Shown here in pieces: positions 1 through 12,664 of a stretch of DNA of 64,000 nt (positions are counted from its first letter, which is position 1; each line of letters starts with the position of its first letter). The notes beneath the pieces are model-generated. The model made no database searches. It was given only the letters and a program-made list of their open reading frames with translations, and was not told where the DNA came from. The stretch is from Auanema rhodensis (Eukaryota > Animalia > Nematoda): the NCBI GenBank assembly GCA_964057225.1, contig OZ059896.1:13392001-13456000 (forward strand), written 5' to 3'. Position numbers and translations under genes: made by a program.

Positions 1-402
1 TAAACCTGAAGCTTATTTGCTACATTTAGCATATATTTGATTAGTTAATGCGCAATATTACATTAATAGATTTTAACTGAATTTATATTTTATTTAGCTC
101 ACCCGCTGAACATGATCGACATTTCTGTGTCTCTACATCCAAATAATTTCCAGGCGCACAAGAAAACGCTGAAAATATTGTTTTTTCATTAGCATCTCTC
201 AATTTTCTTTAAACGCCATTCAACATACTGCAATTAATTCCTGTTTGAGGTAATGGAAGATTGTCACAGCTACGTCCCTCCCGGGGAACTGCTACTCTCC
301 ATCGTTGACCTTTATCGTTACATTCAGTATATTCAAATTTGTAGTCTGTTGATGAACAATATTCAGAAGAAACAGAATAAGTTATAGAAATAAGAAACAA
401 CC
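1..402 (-). CDS. ELAPOR1/2 (KIAA1324/UPF0577)-like membrane protein, N-terminal exons; runs off the left edge, first exon not located
   Basis: Exons ~228-402 (SEYCSSTDYKFEYTECNDKGQRWRVAVPREGRSCDNLPLPQTGINC) and ~103-168 (FSCAPGNYLDVETQKCRSCSAG) match the recalled ELAPOR N-terminus (Y-x-FEYTEC-D-x-x-G-x-RWRVA...FSC-x-x-G-x-YL). Confidence 0.85.
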
Positions 403-1210
403 TGAAATGGGCATTTTTATTGATTTTCAATTCTTAATTTTATAATAGAATTTATTCACATACACTACAGGAAATAATTAAGATATGTAGAAATCAATAC
501 ATTTCACTAAGTCATTTATTTTCTTTAATTATTCCAACTAAATTCATATTTTTTCTTTCTTAGTATTCTTTTTCAATAATAGGATTAAGTTCCATAATTG
601 CTTTCAAATATTAATAAAGATGCACCAATGCGTCCACTTTTCGATTTTATATTTAAATTAATCCCTTTGTATATACTGCTCTACCAATATTTCGCTCAAC
701 TGCAAGGATTTTAAAAAAATGTTACGACCGCATTTTATATTACACGTGTGTCATCCACAGTTCAACTTGATAGCAGTAATACAAAAGTGAGTTTAGAAAA
801 TTAAATTATATTTACGAGATAATTGCATATTAATAATGTGTGGAATACTTAGAATAGTTTAGTTATTGTAAAAAGAGGTATATTGATGCAGCTTAATTTG
901 ATTATAAGAAGTACGAACTCACCAAAGCATGATTAGTATTTTTCGGTGCTAACAGATTAAAGCTTGAAGATTTATAATAAATACCAGAAGGATAATGCTA
1001 GCATCTGTGGATACTGAATTGTGTGAGTGTGTGATGTGTGTCGTTGTCTGGCTCAAGCCATTTATGCATGCTTCTTGCCTTTGGCATCAATATTCTGCTG
1101 CCATGTACCCTCTGCGTGTCTGAAGAGGGTATTGAGCAGAACCATGCATTACTTTATAAATTAAGCTTTCATGGTACGCGTCAGGGTTTCAAATTTCAGC
1201 ATATAATAGC

Positions 1211-3306
1211 ATGCAGAATGTGTTGTTTGTAATTATATCACTCATTCTATCAGCATTGTCAATCAATGCTACTCCAAATCTGCTCTTGATATCACTCGAT
1301 GGATTCCGTGCAGATTTGCTTAATGAAACACTGGTAATTTACTGTATTAAAAATTTTATGTGAATTTTAAATGAAGGTCCCAAATATATATGAATGGGCG
1401 ACACAATCTGCTTGGTTTACTAAAGGATCTGAATCAACATATATATCCTTTACAGCTCCAAATCATATGAGCATAGCAACAGGTTCCAAAACAATCATGA
1501 TTAGTGTTGATAATGCTGCTTTTCCTTTAGGTCTTTATCAAGAAAGCCATGGTATTTTGTCAAATTATTTCTATGACACTAGAACAAAACATTTGTAAGA
1601 GTTACATGTATATGTTACTGTGTGCTTACATGTGATACTTATAGCTTTGATTATTTTAATTATACGAAAGTACCTGGGATTGTAAATTCTTCTTTGGATA
1701 CTTATTGGTTTAATGGAGAACCGATTTGGTTAACAAATGAGAGGTATTAAGAAAACACTTGAATACCTAAAAATTCTATGCTAGAGGAGGTTCTTCTCGA
1801 AGTTCCGCTGTTTTTTACTGGCCAATGAGTGAAGCTGCTTTTTCTAGTCCTCCACACCACCCTACTATGCAAAAGTTGGTATACTCTATCAGAATTTATT
1901 TATATTTGAACATAAAGAACCTGGTCGGGATATCGGAATTTCTCTGAACATCTTGAAGACGTCGACAATATCATTGACTTATTCTTAAAGAAATCAGAAC
2001 CATCGAACTTTGTTTCATGGTAAGATAGATAGTATTTTTCTGTAATAGTTGTTTTTAGGTATATTGCTGAACCGGATCACACTTTACATGAAAATGGCTT
2101 CACAAATGGTGCTTTGAAACAGACGCTAGCAGATTTGGACAAAGTTTTTGCTTATTTACTGGATAAGCTGAAAAAGAATTCTTTAGACAATATTGTCAAT
2201 GTGATTTTAACTGCAGATCACGGGCATGCTGAGGTTGTTTGTCGGGTCTATTATTATTTTAGATTATACATCTATAGATAAAAGACTACAAACATATCAT
2301 GTGCCTAAAGGATTATTTAAACGACACTGGATATAAATTAACGGATCATATGATATATCCCAAAGATGAAGCTCAAGCTGAAGAAATATTTCAAACTCTC
2401 AGTAAAGCTATCAAGGAAAATAATATTGGCGTCAAAGTTCATAGAAAAAATGTAAGAATGATATTAATTTATTTCTAACTTCTAGATTATAGGATTTTCC
2501 TGGTAGTTTCAATTACAAAAATTCCGATCGCGTCGGTAGTATCATATTGGAACCTCTCGTTGGATTTTCAATTTCTTTTTCTTGTTCTGCAAAAGAATTA
2601 GAAAAGTTTGTTCTATTAGTAATTCTTGCCAAACTTGCAAATTTAAGAACATATGGACCGAATGGTATTAAAAAGTTCAATTCTTCTACTCATGGTATGG
2701 ATCCATCTAATCCAGAAATGAGAGCCATTCTAGTAATGAGTGGTCCTGCTTTTGCTAAACATGTTCAAGTAAGATGTCTAAAATATATTTGTTGTTATTG
2801 AGAAAAGTTTAGTTTGATAACATTCCGAAAAACGTCGATTTGTATCCATTAATGTGTCACATTTTGAACATAACAGCAGCTCCCAATAATGGTAGCCTTT
2901 CAATTGTTAGCAAAGCTCTTCTAGCTACTAATGTGGTTCAAAACCGCGGAATTCATTTCAATGTAGTTACCGTACGTTTTACTGATCAAATTATTTTTAT
3001 TCTAAAGTTAATTTTCAGGATAACATCGGATTTTTTATTTTTATTGTCCCCCCTACTTGTCTTGTTCTTGCCTTCTTGGCGTATGGCTGCAAGCATACCA
3101 TTCTGAAGGACGATCCACAATGGGCAAGAAGTATGGGGGGATATCGACCATTGTTCACGGATAATTCTGGGGTTAGCTTTTCTGCTTCTGAACGTAAATA
3201 CATATCGAATATATTTCAGAACATAAACAGTGCTGAAGCGGGTACTGAAGCTGTTACAATGTCCGGGTTATTAAAACATGATTATTCGAGTGATGATGAG
3301 TTATAA
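1211..3306 (+). CDS. ENPP4/5-like ectonucleotide pyrophosphatase/phosphodiesterase (signal peptide, C-terminal TM)
   Basis: tttcag acceptor then MQNVLFVIISLILSALS signal; motifs LLLISLDGFR, SFTAPNHMSIATG, GLYQESHGI, EPIWLTN, YIAEPDHTLH, ILTADHG, THGMDP, NVDLYPLMCHIL, PNNGS; many GT-AG introns. Confidence 0.92.
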
Positions 3307-3488
3307 GTTTCATAAATATGCAGAGAATTGTTGATCAATTACATTTTTATTTTGTTATTTATTATTTTATCTTTTTAAAAATCTGAATGGCATAAATGAT
3401 TCGTCTCTATTTTTTCAAGTATATTTTTTGTTGGCTTTCTCATATATACCACAAATTTTATAAAATCATTTGCTCAAGTCATTATTAG

Positions 3489-6137
3489 ATGAATCTTCTG
3501 CCAAAAAAATCTGGAGATTTTGCTGATCCCACCTATTGGAAAAACTTTTTTGCTAAGAGAGATACACCTTTTGAATGGTTTGTTAGATTTAACTAACTAT
3601 TCAACTTAGAATTTTATTATGCAGGTATGGTGGGTATTCAGATTTAGGCGAATATATTGAGCAGCATATCAAACGCCAAGATACTATACTTCAGCTAGGT
3701 TGTGGAAATTCAACTCTAGCTTCTGATGTAAGTTGAATTGCATAATCAAATTTTAACTTTTGTTTAGTTGTATGATGTTGGCTACAAAAATATTCATAGT
3801 ATCGATACAGATGACAGAGTAATAGAACAGCAGAAGATGAAAAATAGGGAACGAAGCTCTTTAACGTTTGCTAAAGACGATGCTACTTCTGTTTGCCGAA
3901 TGTTTGATACTCCAAACTTATTTATACTTTTCAGCTTTCTGCTAGTAATGAGTCATATACAGCTTGTGTTGATAAAGGTACTTTGGATGCTCTACTTCCA
4001 CCTTCGGCTTCTCTTGAACAAGAAGCTCTTGTACGGAATATGTTCAAAGAAGTTGACCGTGTTCTAAAGCCAAGTAATTTATTCGATTAAAACAATTAAT
4101 TAATTTTTTTTTCTAGACGGACGCTATGTTATTATAACTTTGGCTCAACCTCATCTCTTGAAGTTGTGGACTGAACATTTCAAAGAAGGGTTAATCTCAT
4201 GTTTTATATGTGTTATTAAACAATTTTTTTAGAAATAGATATATAATGAGAGTTTACGAGTTTCCAACAACTGTATGTTCTTTCCCAATGCCTGTATTCT
4301 TTTTTGTAGCATCAAAACTTCCAAAAGAAATGCCTTTTGCAATGGTTTGTCAAAATATGTGGTAGTGTAGTTTTGTTCTACAATTTTTAGCCAATGGAAC
4401 TGTGGAGAGCTAAATATTCCAACCCAGAAAGGTTCAAAGATAACAGCGGACTTCTGGATGCTGTTTGTGCTCAACAAGAACTTAGCAGATTCGTCCACCA
4501 CTGTTCAAAGTATCAACTCATAATATTCTTTGTAATAATTCCTTTTCTTTCTAGTAAACTCACGTCTGACGTTTACATTAATTTGAATGGAAAGACTGGG
4601 CCTCGATACATGATCCGAATATGTGATGATCCAAACGTTAAAGAAATTAAAACATTAACAGCATTTGTTGTGCCTATTGGAAGGTTTGTTGAAACTTTTG
4701 GATATGAAACAATTTTGTTTCAGAGATCATGAATGGATTTTCGTTTCTGACAGAGGGAGACAAGAAGTTCGAAAGCAAGTCAATAAGGTTTGTATCTTTT
4801 TTTCCTCATAATAATCGTGATTTGATCGTAGGATCGAGTTCTCTTTGTGTATTTGTATCGTGATAATACTTATGATTCAATGGAAGCTGTTAAAGATGAG
4901 TTAGCGAATTTTGTATGTCGTTTCCGTCCAAAAGATCATAATGTTCAGGTATTTCTAATACGGATATAAATTTTCAGCTCTCATTTGTAGATTGAATTTG
5001 TAACTATGGGGGACACTGATGTTAGTACGCGTGTAGCATCTGGATCATCCGATATTAATGGTGATTGGGTTGTTGAAGATGTGAATATTGGAAACGACGT
5101 CTATCGTCGACTAGTATTTTTGAACAGTCAAAATCTAATTCAGTCAGAAGCTGTCATGAAAAGTAAGATAAAAATAGGTATATACCTCTATTTTTTTACT
5201 TAGAGGGTAAAAAGGGAAAACTTGTTATTGATTTGGATACTCTTACTTGTGATCATCATAATCAAATGCTCTGTGCCTTATCTTTGATGAATCCGAATCC
5301 TTTGGAGTCTGTCAACACTGCTGAGCTCAATGTAACTTGTTTTTTAAAAAAATTATTTAAATTTCTAGCCTATTTCTAGTTTGCAGTTCTGGGTCTTGGA
5401 GGAGGACTTCTAACAACTTTCCTTCTACGCAATTTCCCACAAGTAATCAAATCTTCAATTTATTTATTAATGTTTATTTATAGAGTAAGGTTACGGGTGT
5501 TGATTTAGATCCAGCAGTTGTTAAAGTAGCTAAAGAACAGTTTTCTTTACCTCATTCTGATAAACGTCTTACGGTTAAAGTGGGTGATGCCATCGAATAT
5601 CTGCAGGAAATTTCAGACAACTGTAGTTCATATAGCAGCGTATTTAATAATAATCCTAAACTTCCAGCTACACCAGATAAATTAGATGTTTTATTCGTTG
5701 ATGTCGCTGGTGCGATGCATGATGATGGTTTGAGTTGTCCTCCAGCCTGCTTCCTTGAAGAAAATGTATTAGAAAATATGAAGAAATCTCTTAAACCTGA
5801 TGGTAATGCGTACCCAGTGTCATGAAATCATAACTTGTTGTTCCAGGTTTATTAGCCCTGAACGTTGTTACCCGTGATTTAGTGAAGTTGGAGAGTATTA
5901 GAAGAAAACTTTTAGAATCCTTTCCTTGTTTATATTCATTGCAGTTTGATATTGATGTTAATCAGGTTAGTAAAAACTGAATATTTCTTTTCGACTATGT
6001 TTTCTTCGCAGGTTTTGATTGGATTTAAGTCGGAACGGTCAATAAATTTGAAAGGAATTGTGAAAAATCTTCCGAATAATTTGTCTTGGGTGCAAGATCT
6101 TGCTCAATCAATTCTAAAAATGAAGCAAGTAGTATAA
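3489..6137 (+). CDS. METTL13: METTL13 / eEF1A lysine and N-terminal methyltransferase (two MTase domains)
   Basis: MNLLPKKSGDFADPTYWKNFF...PFEWYG, LQLGCGNS, DKGTLDAL, AFVVPIGR, GDWVVEDV...RRLVFL...NLIQSEA, VLGLGGG. Confidence 0.93.
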
Positions 6138-6550
6138 GATTTCTAAAGGTTTTGTAAAGTTGTGGTCAGTATGTTGTTATCTTTCATTCGTTGAATCATT
6201 GTTTTTTCTTGTTGTTTTGTTGGTTATTAAATTTTAGCAGTTATATTTCTTCTTCTTTCATTGGGAACCAAGTAAATTAATTCGTAATCAGTTAGCTCTT
6301 CAGATTAACTACAAAGTCCATCACCCACTCTCTTCTCAAATATTCTAGTTTTCCTAGTTTTTATACTTTTTTACTCAACCATCGTTTAATGTTTATCTAT
6401 CTCTAGATGTTTAACCTATGCGGGAAGAAAAGTTTTTTTGAGTTAAAGTACAAAGCGTGATCTTTTAGAAGCTTTCTCGTTGAATAGAAATAGCTATTCA
6501 CTAGGAAAAAGCGATAAAAAACCAGTACGAATACAAACATTCTCTTAAAA

Positions 6551-6564
6551 GTTTCCATAGTAAC
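6551..6564 (+). promoter_or_regulatory. X-box (RFX/DAF-19 site) GTTTCCATAGTAAC
   Basis: Exact match to the nematode consensus GTHNYY-AT-RRNAAC, ~75 bp upstream of the ATG at 6640. Confidence 0.7.
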
Positions 6565-6639
6565 AAGGTCTCCTTCTATTTTAATCTTTTCATACGGTTA
6601 TCACTTATCACATTATTCATATTATACTTTGTAAATAGG

Positions 6640-8880
6640 ATGAGTAAGCAAAGAGGTGTTCAAGAATTTCTTCTATTATGTGAATTTTGCGAAGGCGCGG
6701 TCCTAAAACCGGTTAGTTGGAAGCCATCTAAAAGGGACAAACGGTCCCAGGCGGGGCGTTGTCCTAATCATTCAATCAGTGTGTGCCTAGGATACAGGCA
6801 TGTTTATTCCGAAGTTTCATGAATTTTCTTCAAGTAAGAATATTCCAAATTGAAATTTCGTTAGAATATTCAGCCATTTTCTTTCTGAAAAAAAAACGTG
6901 AACATTCTATAATTCTTGTTTCGTAATGCAATTGAGCGTATAGTTTTTCTTCTTCGTATTCTATTTGTATTGCTTCATCGACGTACTGCTAGGAAAGGTA
7001 TAAAGCAGATAGTCGATTAAGTTTCAAACATTGATATATTGTTTCTAAGTAGTATGCATTGTCTTAAAATTCTTATTTTAGCAGGTATGGCTGATTATAT
7101 AAAGCAAGTAGCCATTTCTGGAGATCTTACTGAGATTGGAGAAAAGGTGAGTCCACTTATTCTATTATTTTTAATATATGGTCTAAACCCTAGGACGATT
7201 TACTAAGAGCTTGGTGTAAGCAAGTAGCCAAAGAAATCTGGGAACAGAAACCAGAATTTGCATGTGTACACGTCCAAGGCCTTCTGAATAGTCGGGATCC
7301 AGATTACACTGCCAGAGTAATTTCAGGAGGGTTAGTGTTCATAATTGAAATATTTGTAATAATCATTTTCTTAAATATTGATTTTCAGAATTATTGACGA
7401 TCCAGAAATATATCGCCAGTTTGAATCATCCAGAGCATACTTTGATACTCGCCTAACAGTATAAATTTAGCGAATAACAACATAAATATCAATTTTTAGG
7501 GATTGGGATCTCTATACCTATTCAAAAATCGTTTGGATGTTCAATATTTTGACAGATTTTCCAATACGGGATATCATTCTGTAGCTATAGGGCATGTTCA
7601 TTGCATAGGTAATAATGAATTCAAAAACAATTTATATCTACTTAATGCATTTGCAATTAATCAAAAATTGAAAATGAAAATAGAAAAAATTACAAAAAAT
7701 TATGTTTAAAAAGACAAAAGAAGTTCATCAATTTGTTTTAGGTGATCGGGAATGTGAAGGTTTCCTACAAAGTACATTCAATCAAAATTATAGCTTTAAA
7801 AAAGATTTTTATGTAGGTTTTCATCGCATCTTTAATAAATTTCTCATGAAATCTTATATTATAGCATGATGACGGATCTAGAGATATTGAGCTACAACGA
7901 ACTGGATTCCTCCTTGCTCGTTTTAGAATATATTCCAAAGAGATCACCTTCATAAACATTAACTTACACTCTGTACCATTTGAAGATGTTAATGAAATTG
8001 TTGAGCAACCTAAAATAACTAAAGCAGCTCAAACTCGGGAAAAACAAATTGATTTATTATTGAAAGAGTAAGTCAAAATATTTTGTATTTCATTGGAAAT
8101 AATATGTTCCAGGCTAGATGAAGAAGGTTTAAGAAACGATGCCATTCTCGTTGCAGGAGCGTTCAACGCTCAATTGCATGAAACAGAACTTCTTCAAGTT
8201 TGATATTTAAGTAAATGTAAAAGCCTACTATAATCAATTATTTCAGCATTTAGCTAAAACGCAAAGAGTTTCTACTGTAGAACAAAAGGATGAACAAGGT
8301 AAAATTGAAAGAATCGAACACATTGATAGACATGGAAGAGTACGAAATATATCTTATAAAAGAGTAAAACTTCGATTTTAGAATGTAACCACTGTTCAAA
8401 AGAGTTGCTTCGACCTTCATTCTATCCACGATTGGTTCTTCCGATTGGGTCGAGGACAGATGGCTAAACGGTATTTGAATCCAACGGTTTAAAAAAACAC
8501 TTCTTGTAGGTATAATGGTGAAATGGCTTCAGTAGCATTCAAAGGTCAGCTCAAAGAAGAGAGCGTCTTTTTCCAGGTTTCATGATAACTTTATTCATTA
8601 TCTGAACTATTATTTACAGCCTTCTAGGTCTTACGAAACGACAGACGGTAAAGAAGAATTCATGAGAAGATTATGTCCTGCTTGGGCTGATCGCATCTTG
8701 TACAATGAGGTTATGGACAAACTATTCAGACATGTAATAAACAAATCGAAACTAGTTATTATTTAAATAATTTAGGATTCATTCTGTGCCTCCGGACTAT
8801 ATTACGGTCTAGTAGCTGAAGATGTTTGTGTTGGACCTAATAAGCCTGTTGCCTTGCATTCAACAATCTGCCTTAAATAA
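6640..8880 (+). CDS. Type I inositol polyphosphate 5-phosphatase (INPP5A)-like protein with degenerate catalytic motifs; two alternative first exons (6640-6711 and 7087-7146)
   Basis: RTGFLLARF, FININLH, LVAGAFNAQL, FQPSRSY, CPAWADRILYN and CVGPNKPVAL align with INPP5A RKGF/VNIHL/FGDFNFRL/PPSY/CPAWCDRIL/CMGDHKPV. Both candidate first exons end in phase 0 and fit the common exon starting at 7194. Confidence 0.85.
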
Positions 8881-8987
8881 TAACACACAGTTTACTAAAA
8901 CAATTTTGTAAATATAAAACATGAAAACAGATAAAAAGAGTGATTAAAAATTAAAGCATTGAATAAAACGAATTGAAAATGTATAAC

Positions 8988-10347
8988 TTAAATAGATAAA
9001 TCCTCTGGTTCTTCTCCAAGGTCAAGAACTACAGAAGTAAGCATTTCGCGTAATTCTAAACTCTCTTTCGTCTAAAATATATCAAATGATGAATAATTAG
9101 AAGCTAGAATATTACCAGCATGTTAATTTTTTGTTCTTGAGTTTTGGAATCAAATTCTAGTTTCTTTACTTTAAGTCGCAAACCCTTAGTATCCTGATCA
9201 TGCTTACTTTCCATGTCTTTAACTCTTCCAGAAGCTCTAAAATAATTACAATCAAAAATTAAATGAAATACAACACTTACATTTCTAGTTGTCGCTGGCA
9301 ATCATCTTTCACCCTAGCAAACTTTTCTAACAAGTGTTTATATTTTTCTCTTTCTTCACCTAAAACTACTTCCAACCTAGTATATTCTCTCTTTTGCATA
9401 TGAAGAATAGTTCGAGTCTAGAAATAGAATTTTAACAACATAATTAAGAGATTGAAATACATACCTTTCCGAAACTCTCATAAAGTTTGGAATTATCGGT
9501 ATGTAATTTATCTAGATCCGTTGTAAGGCTTCCTATGTCTCTATAATATAATATTGAGAAATAGTTTTAAAATTTCAAAAAATGCCTTTGAAGTTTGTGT
9601 ACCGTTTCACAATTTCCATGGCATTGAGTTGGTTCACGGTAGCCACCAGGAATTTCTAAACAAAACGTTGACTTTTAAATAAAGGAGTGAGATACGTCTC
9701 CCCAGTGAGTATTTCAAAATATCTTTATAGGAGAGGCACATCGCTTTATAAAATATTTCTTGAGTATTGCTAGTTGGCTGTATGAAAACATATTATACTA
9801 TTTAATACTCAAATTAGCAACCTCTTTGGACTTCAATTCATTCTCGAGCTCTTTCTTGTGAAAAAGTTCTAGAATACCGGTTTCTAACTTTTCTAAGTCT
9901 CCTTTTTCCTTTAACAAACTCTCATTACATTTATTTTCATGCATGCATGCTATTACTAACTTTAAATTCGGAAAATAGTTGAGAAACTTCGTCTTTTACA
10001 GTACAAGACTCATCCAAGAAAACTGTTTTCTGCCTAGATCTAATTAAAGTTCTGAATACTGCTTATTGTTTAGAACATTTAATTTAAATTAACCTAGTAG
10101 AATTAAGATTACTATTACCCAAAGGCTTACATGATGTTATTGAAGGCTTAACAACTGTCCGGGCAAGGGAACTGTGTTAATAAACAAATTGTTAGAAATA
10201 AAATAAAATCACTTACTTTACAACATCTTCTTGATTTTCTTTGGCAATTTCGAATGTGCCATTGTGAACGGGTGAGGCATCAAAAGTTCCATTAAGTTCA
10301 TAGAACTCTGAACCGCTCTCGTCAACTTCGGATAAGAAGTCAGCCAT
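8988..10347 (-). CDS. tac-1: TACC-domain protein, tac-1 paralog A
   Basis: MADFLSEV...LNGTF start; DLDKLHTDNSKLYESFGK, HDQDTKGLRLKVKKLEF and TKESLELREML match recalled C. elegans TAC-1 (DKLHANY...HDENTKGLRLRVK). Confidence 0.82.
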
Positions 10348-10534
10348 CTAATCAGAGTTAAGAAAGAGAAACAAAAAGAGCGATAAGATATCATATCGAA
10401 TATTAATCGTAAAGAATTCAGAAGAAAAAATACACTTAAAAATTGCATAAAACATATGTAACCCGACTTTCAAACAAAGATTAATCTATTATAGATTTTG
10501 TCATATAACCGAAACATAATTTGTTAAAACAATT

Positions 10535-12084
10535 TTATCTTCCGGGACTTCGGCGAAGTTTACTAGCACATAAGCTTCCGCTGCTACAATGGGATGAACT
10601 GTCATTCATCTTCCTACATATAAAGTAATTCGCGAATAACATGTGAGCAAGTCACCTTTTTCTCGTGTGATCATCCATATTCCTCTGATATCCGGAATCA
10701 TCATCATCACTCGATGTATCTTCAGAATCCGAACTACTACTGCTACTCGAAGAAGAATCACTACTGGAATCATCAACAATTCCTGCACTCAGAGCTTTGT
10801 CCATAATAGGAATACATTCCGGCCTCTCACTTTTAAGCCTGAATTCATACCAATCAAAGAAAGAATCTTGGATATGCTCACCTTCTGTACCAATGCTTAC
10901 TGAGTTTTGGACGACCTTTTACGGTTTTCGGCCAAACTAAGTGTAAATTAGCCAGAGAACAAAAATTTTGGGTAATAGCAATAGTTTCGTCTTCATTAAT
11001 AACAACATGCCACCACCCCGAGGGGACAAACATTGTTTCTCCTGGACCTTGCCGAGCTTCAATAACTGGATACTCCTTAGGCCAACTATTGGCTTTCACT
11101 CTGGGATACACATATTTAAACCAAGTAACAGCTTCATCGGGATGTTTCCCTTTTTCATGTTGCATAGGCTTCACCAAAGCTTTCGGAGCGTCTGGATGAA
11201 TGAGCACCCATCTAAGTTAATAATTTTTTTAAATTTCGTTTTGTCTCTCACCGCTTATGTCCACGAATTAGGCTATTCCATGCGCTAGTACCAAGAGGAT
11301 CAATATGAATAGCTGTTCCAGATCGTGCGGGACCCATTACAAACCATCTGAATATGTCAAATGACTGCTGGCGGTATATAACTCAAAAACCTATGAGGAG
11401 GTCTTTTATCAAATTTAGCATAATCGAACAAATCGTCTTTGAACATAGTTGGAATTGTATAATCATCTAGTAGTTTTTTTACTTTATTTCTCTGAAATAT
11501 TGATAGGTATTTAGATGACGGTGAATAACTCACACAACCAAAACCACTGTCAAAAATATATAACGGACTATCATCTTTGTTATTTCTCATATAATCAATA
11601 TAATATTTCATTTTCATTTTTACAGAATAACCTTTATCATCCTCCCCACACTTAAAACGCTGATTTCTGTATTTCCTCAGCAAACGCTAAAATAAAATTA
11701 AAGACAAAATCAAATTGTCGGATAACGAACATCTAAGTTCCACTTCTCATTTGCGTCCCAATTGCCAGTTAGTCCAGTTAAAATACATGGTAATCTAGGT
11801 ATTTCATACCTATTTCTAAATTCCTCAGTTGACATTTTGGAAGCATCTTCTCTGCATAACAAAAGTTAGTTTATTCTTTGGACGCTACACTTACCTCAAG
11901 ATATTATCAATTAGATGTGGAATACGAAAGTTAGAGTAATAGTCAAGTGTATCCCACCCAAATCTATTTAATTCTAAAATAATTGCATAAAGTGAATTAG
12001 TTTACATTCTTTCCTACCCGGCCGCGCCTTTCTTTTTGCTGCTTCAATTCTTTCACTTGAACGATCTAGTTGAAAATTTATCAT
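10535..12084 (-). CDS. psr-1: JMJD6 / phosphatidylserine receptor family JmjC oxygenase
   Basis: [85 protein letters not shown], Ser/Asp-rich tail. Confidence 0.97.
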
Positions 12085-12664
12085 GGCTACAATCTAAAAT
12101 TTAAAAAAAAAAGTATCAAAAAATTATTTTTTATATAGTTCAAATACTATCAAAAAATACAAATATATTATCAAAAAAGAAGGAAACAGGGTCTGCAAAA
12201 ACCACTCCTGTCTTTTATACAGTATATATTCAAAAAAAAATGAGCTTAATTCACGCCTCAAAGTATTCGTCATTGGCGTTTTCATGGTGCGCATTGTTCG
12301 CCGTTCTTGGCTCGTTCTAAAACTTTTTTTGTATATAATTTCTCCTTTTTCTACATAATACATGGTACGGTGAAATTAGGGTTGGATTATGTTGGGATTT
12401 ATACCAGTACTGATCTTTTCATCACTAGTTTGTTTCTAAGTATATCTTAATAAACTATGTTTTCTATGTGATTAAATGTTATGAATAAAACTCATTTCAA
12501 ACGAACCACGATTTATCGCTAAGGCAATAAAGTTAGTCAAAAAGGCAATAATAAAACCATAATTATTATACATAAATAAAGCAAATGAATAATACATTGA
12601 GTGACATTTCTTTTAGTTTTCAGTTTCACAAAGATGACACGTGATATGGAAGCTCTGTATTTCT

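Noticed and set aside
929-1018. Possible C/D-box snoRNA (ATGATTA...CTGA)
   Set aside because: Imperfect C box, no terminal stem and no recognisable rRNA antisense element.
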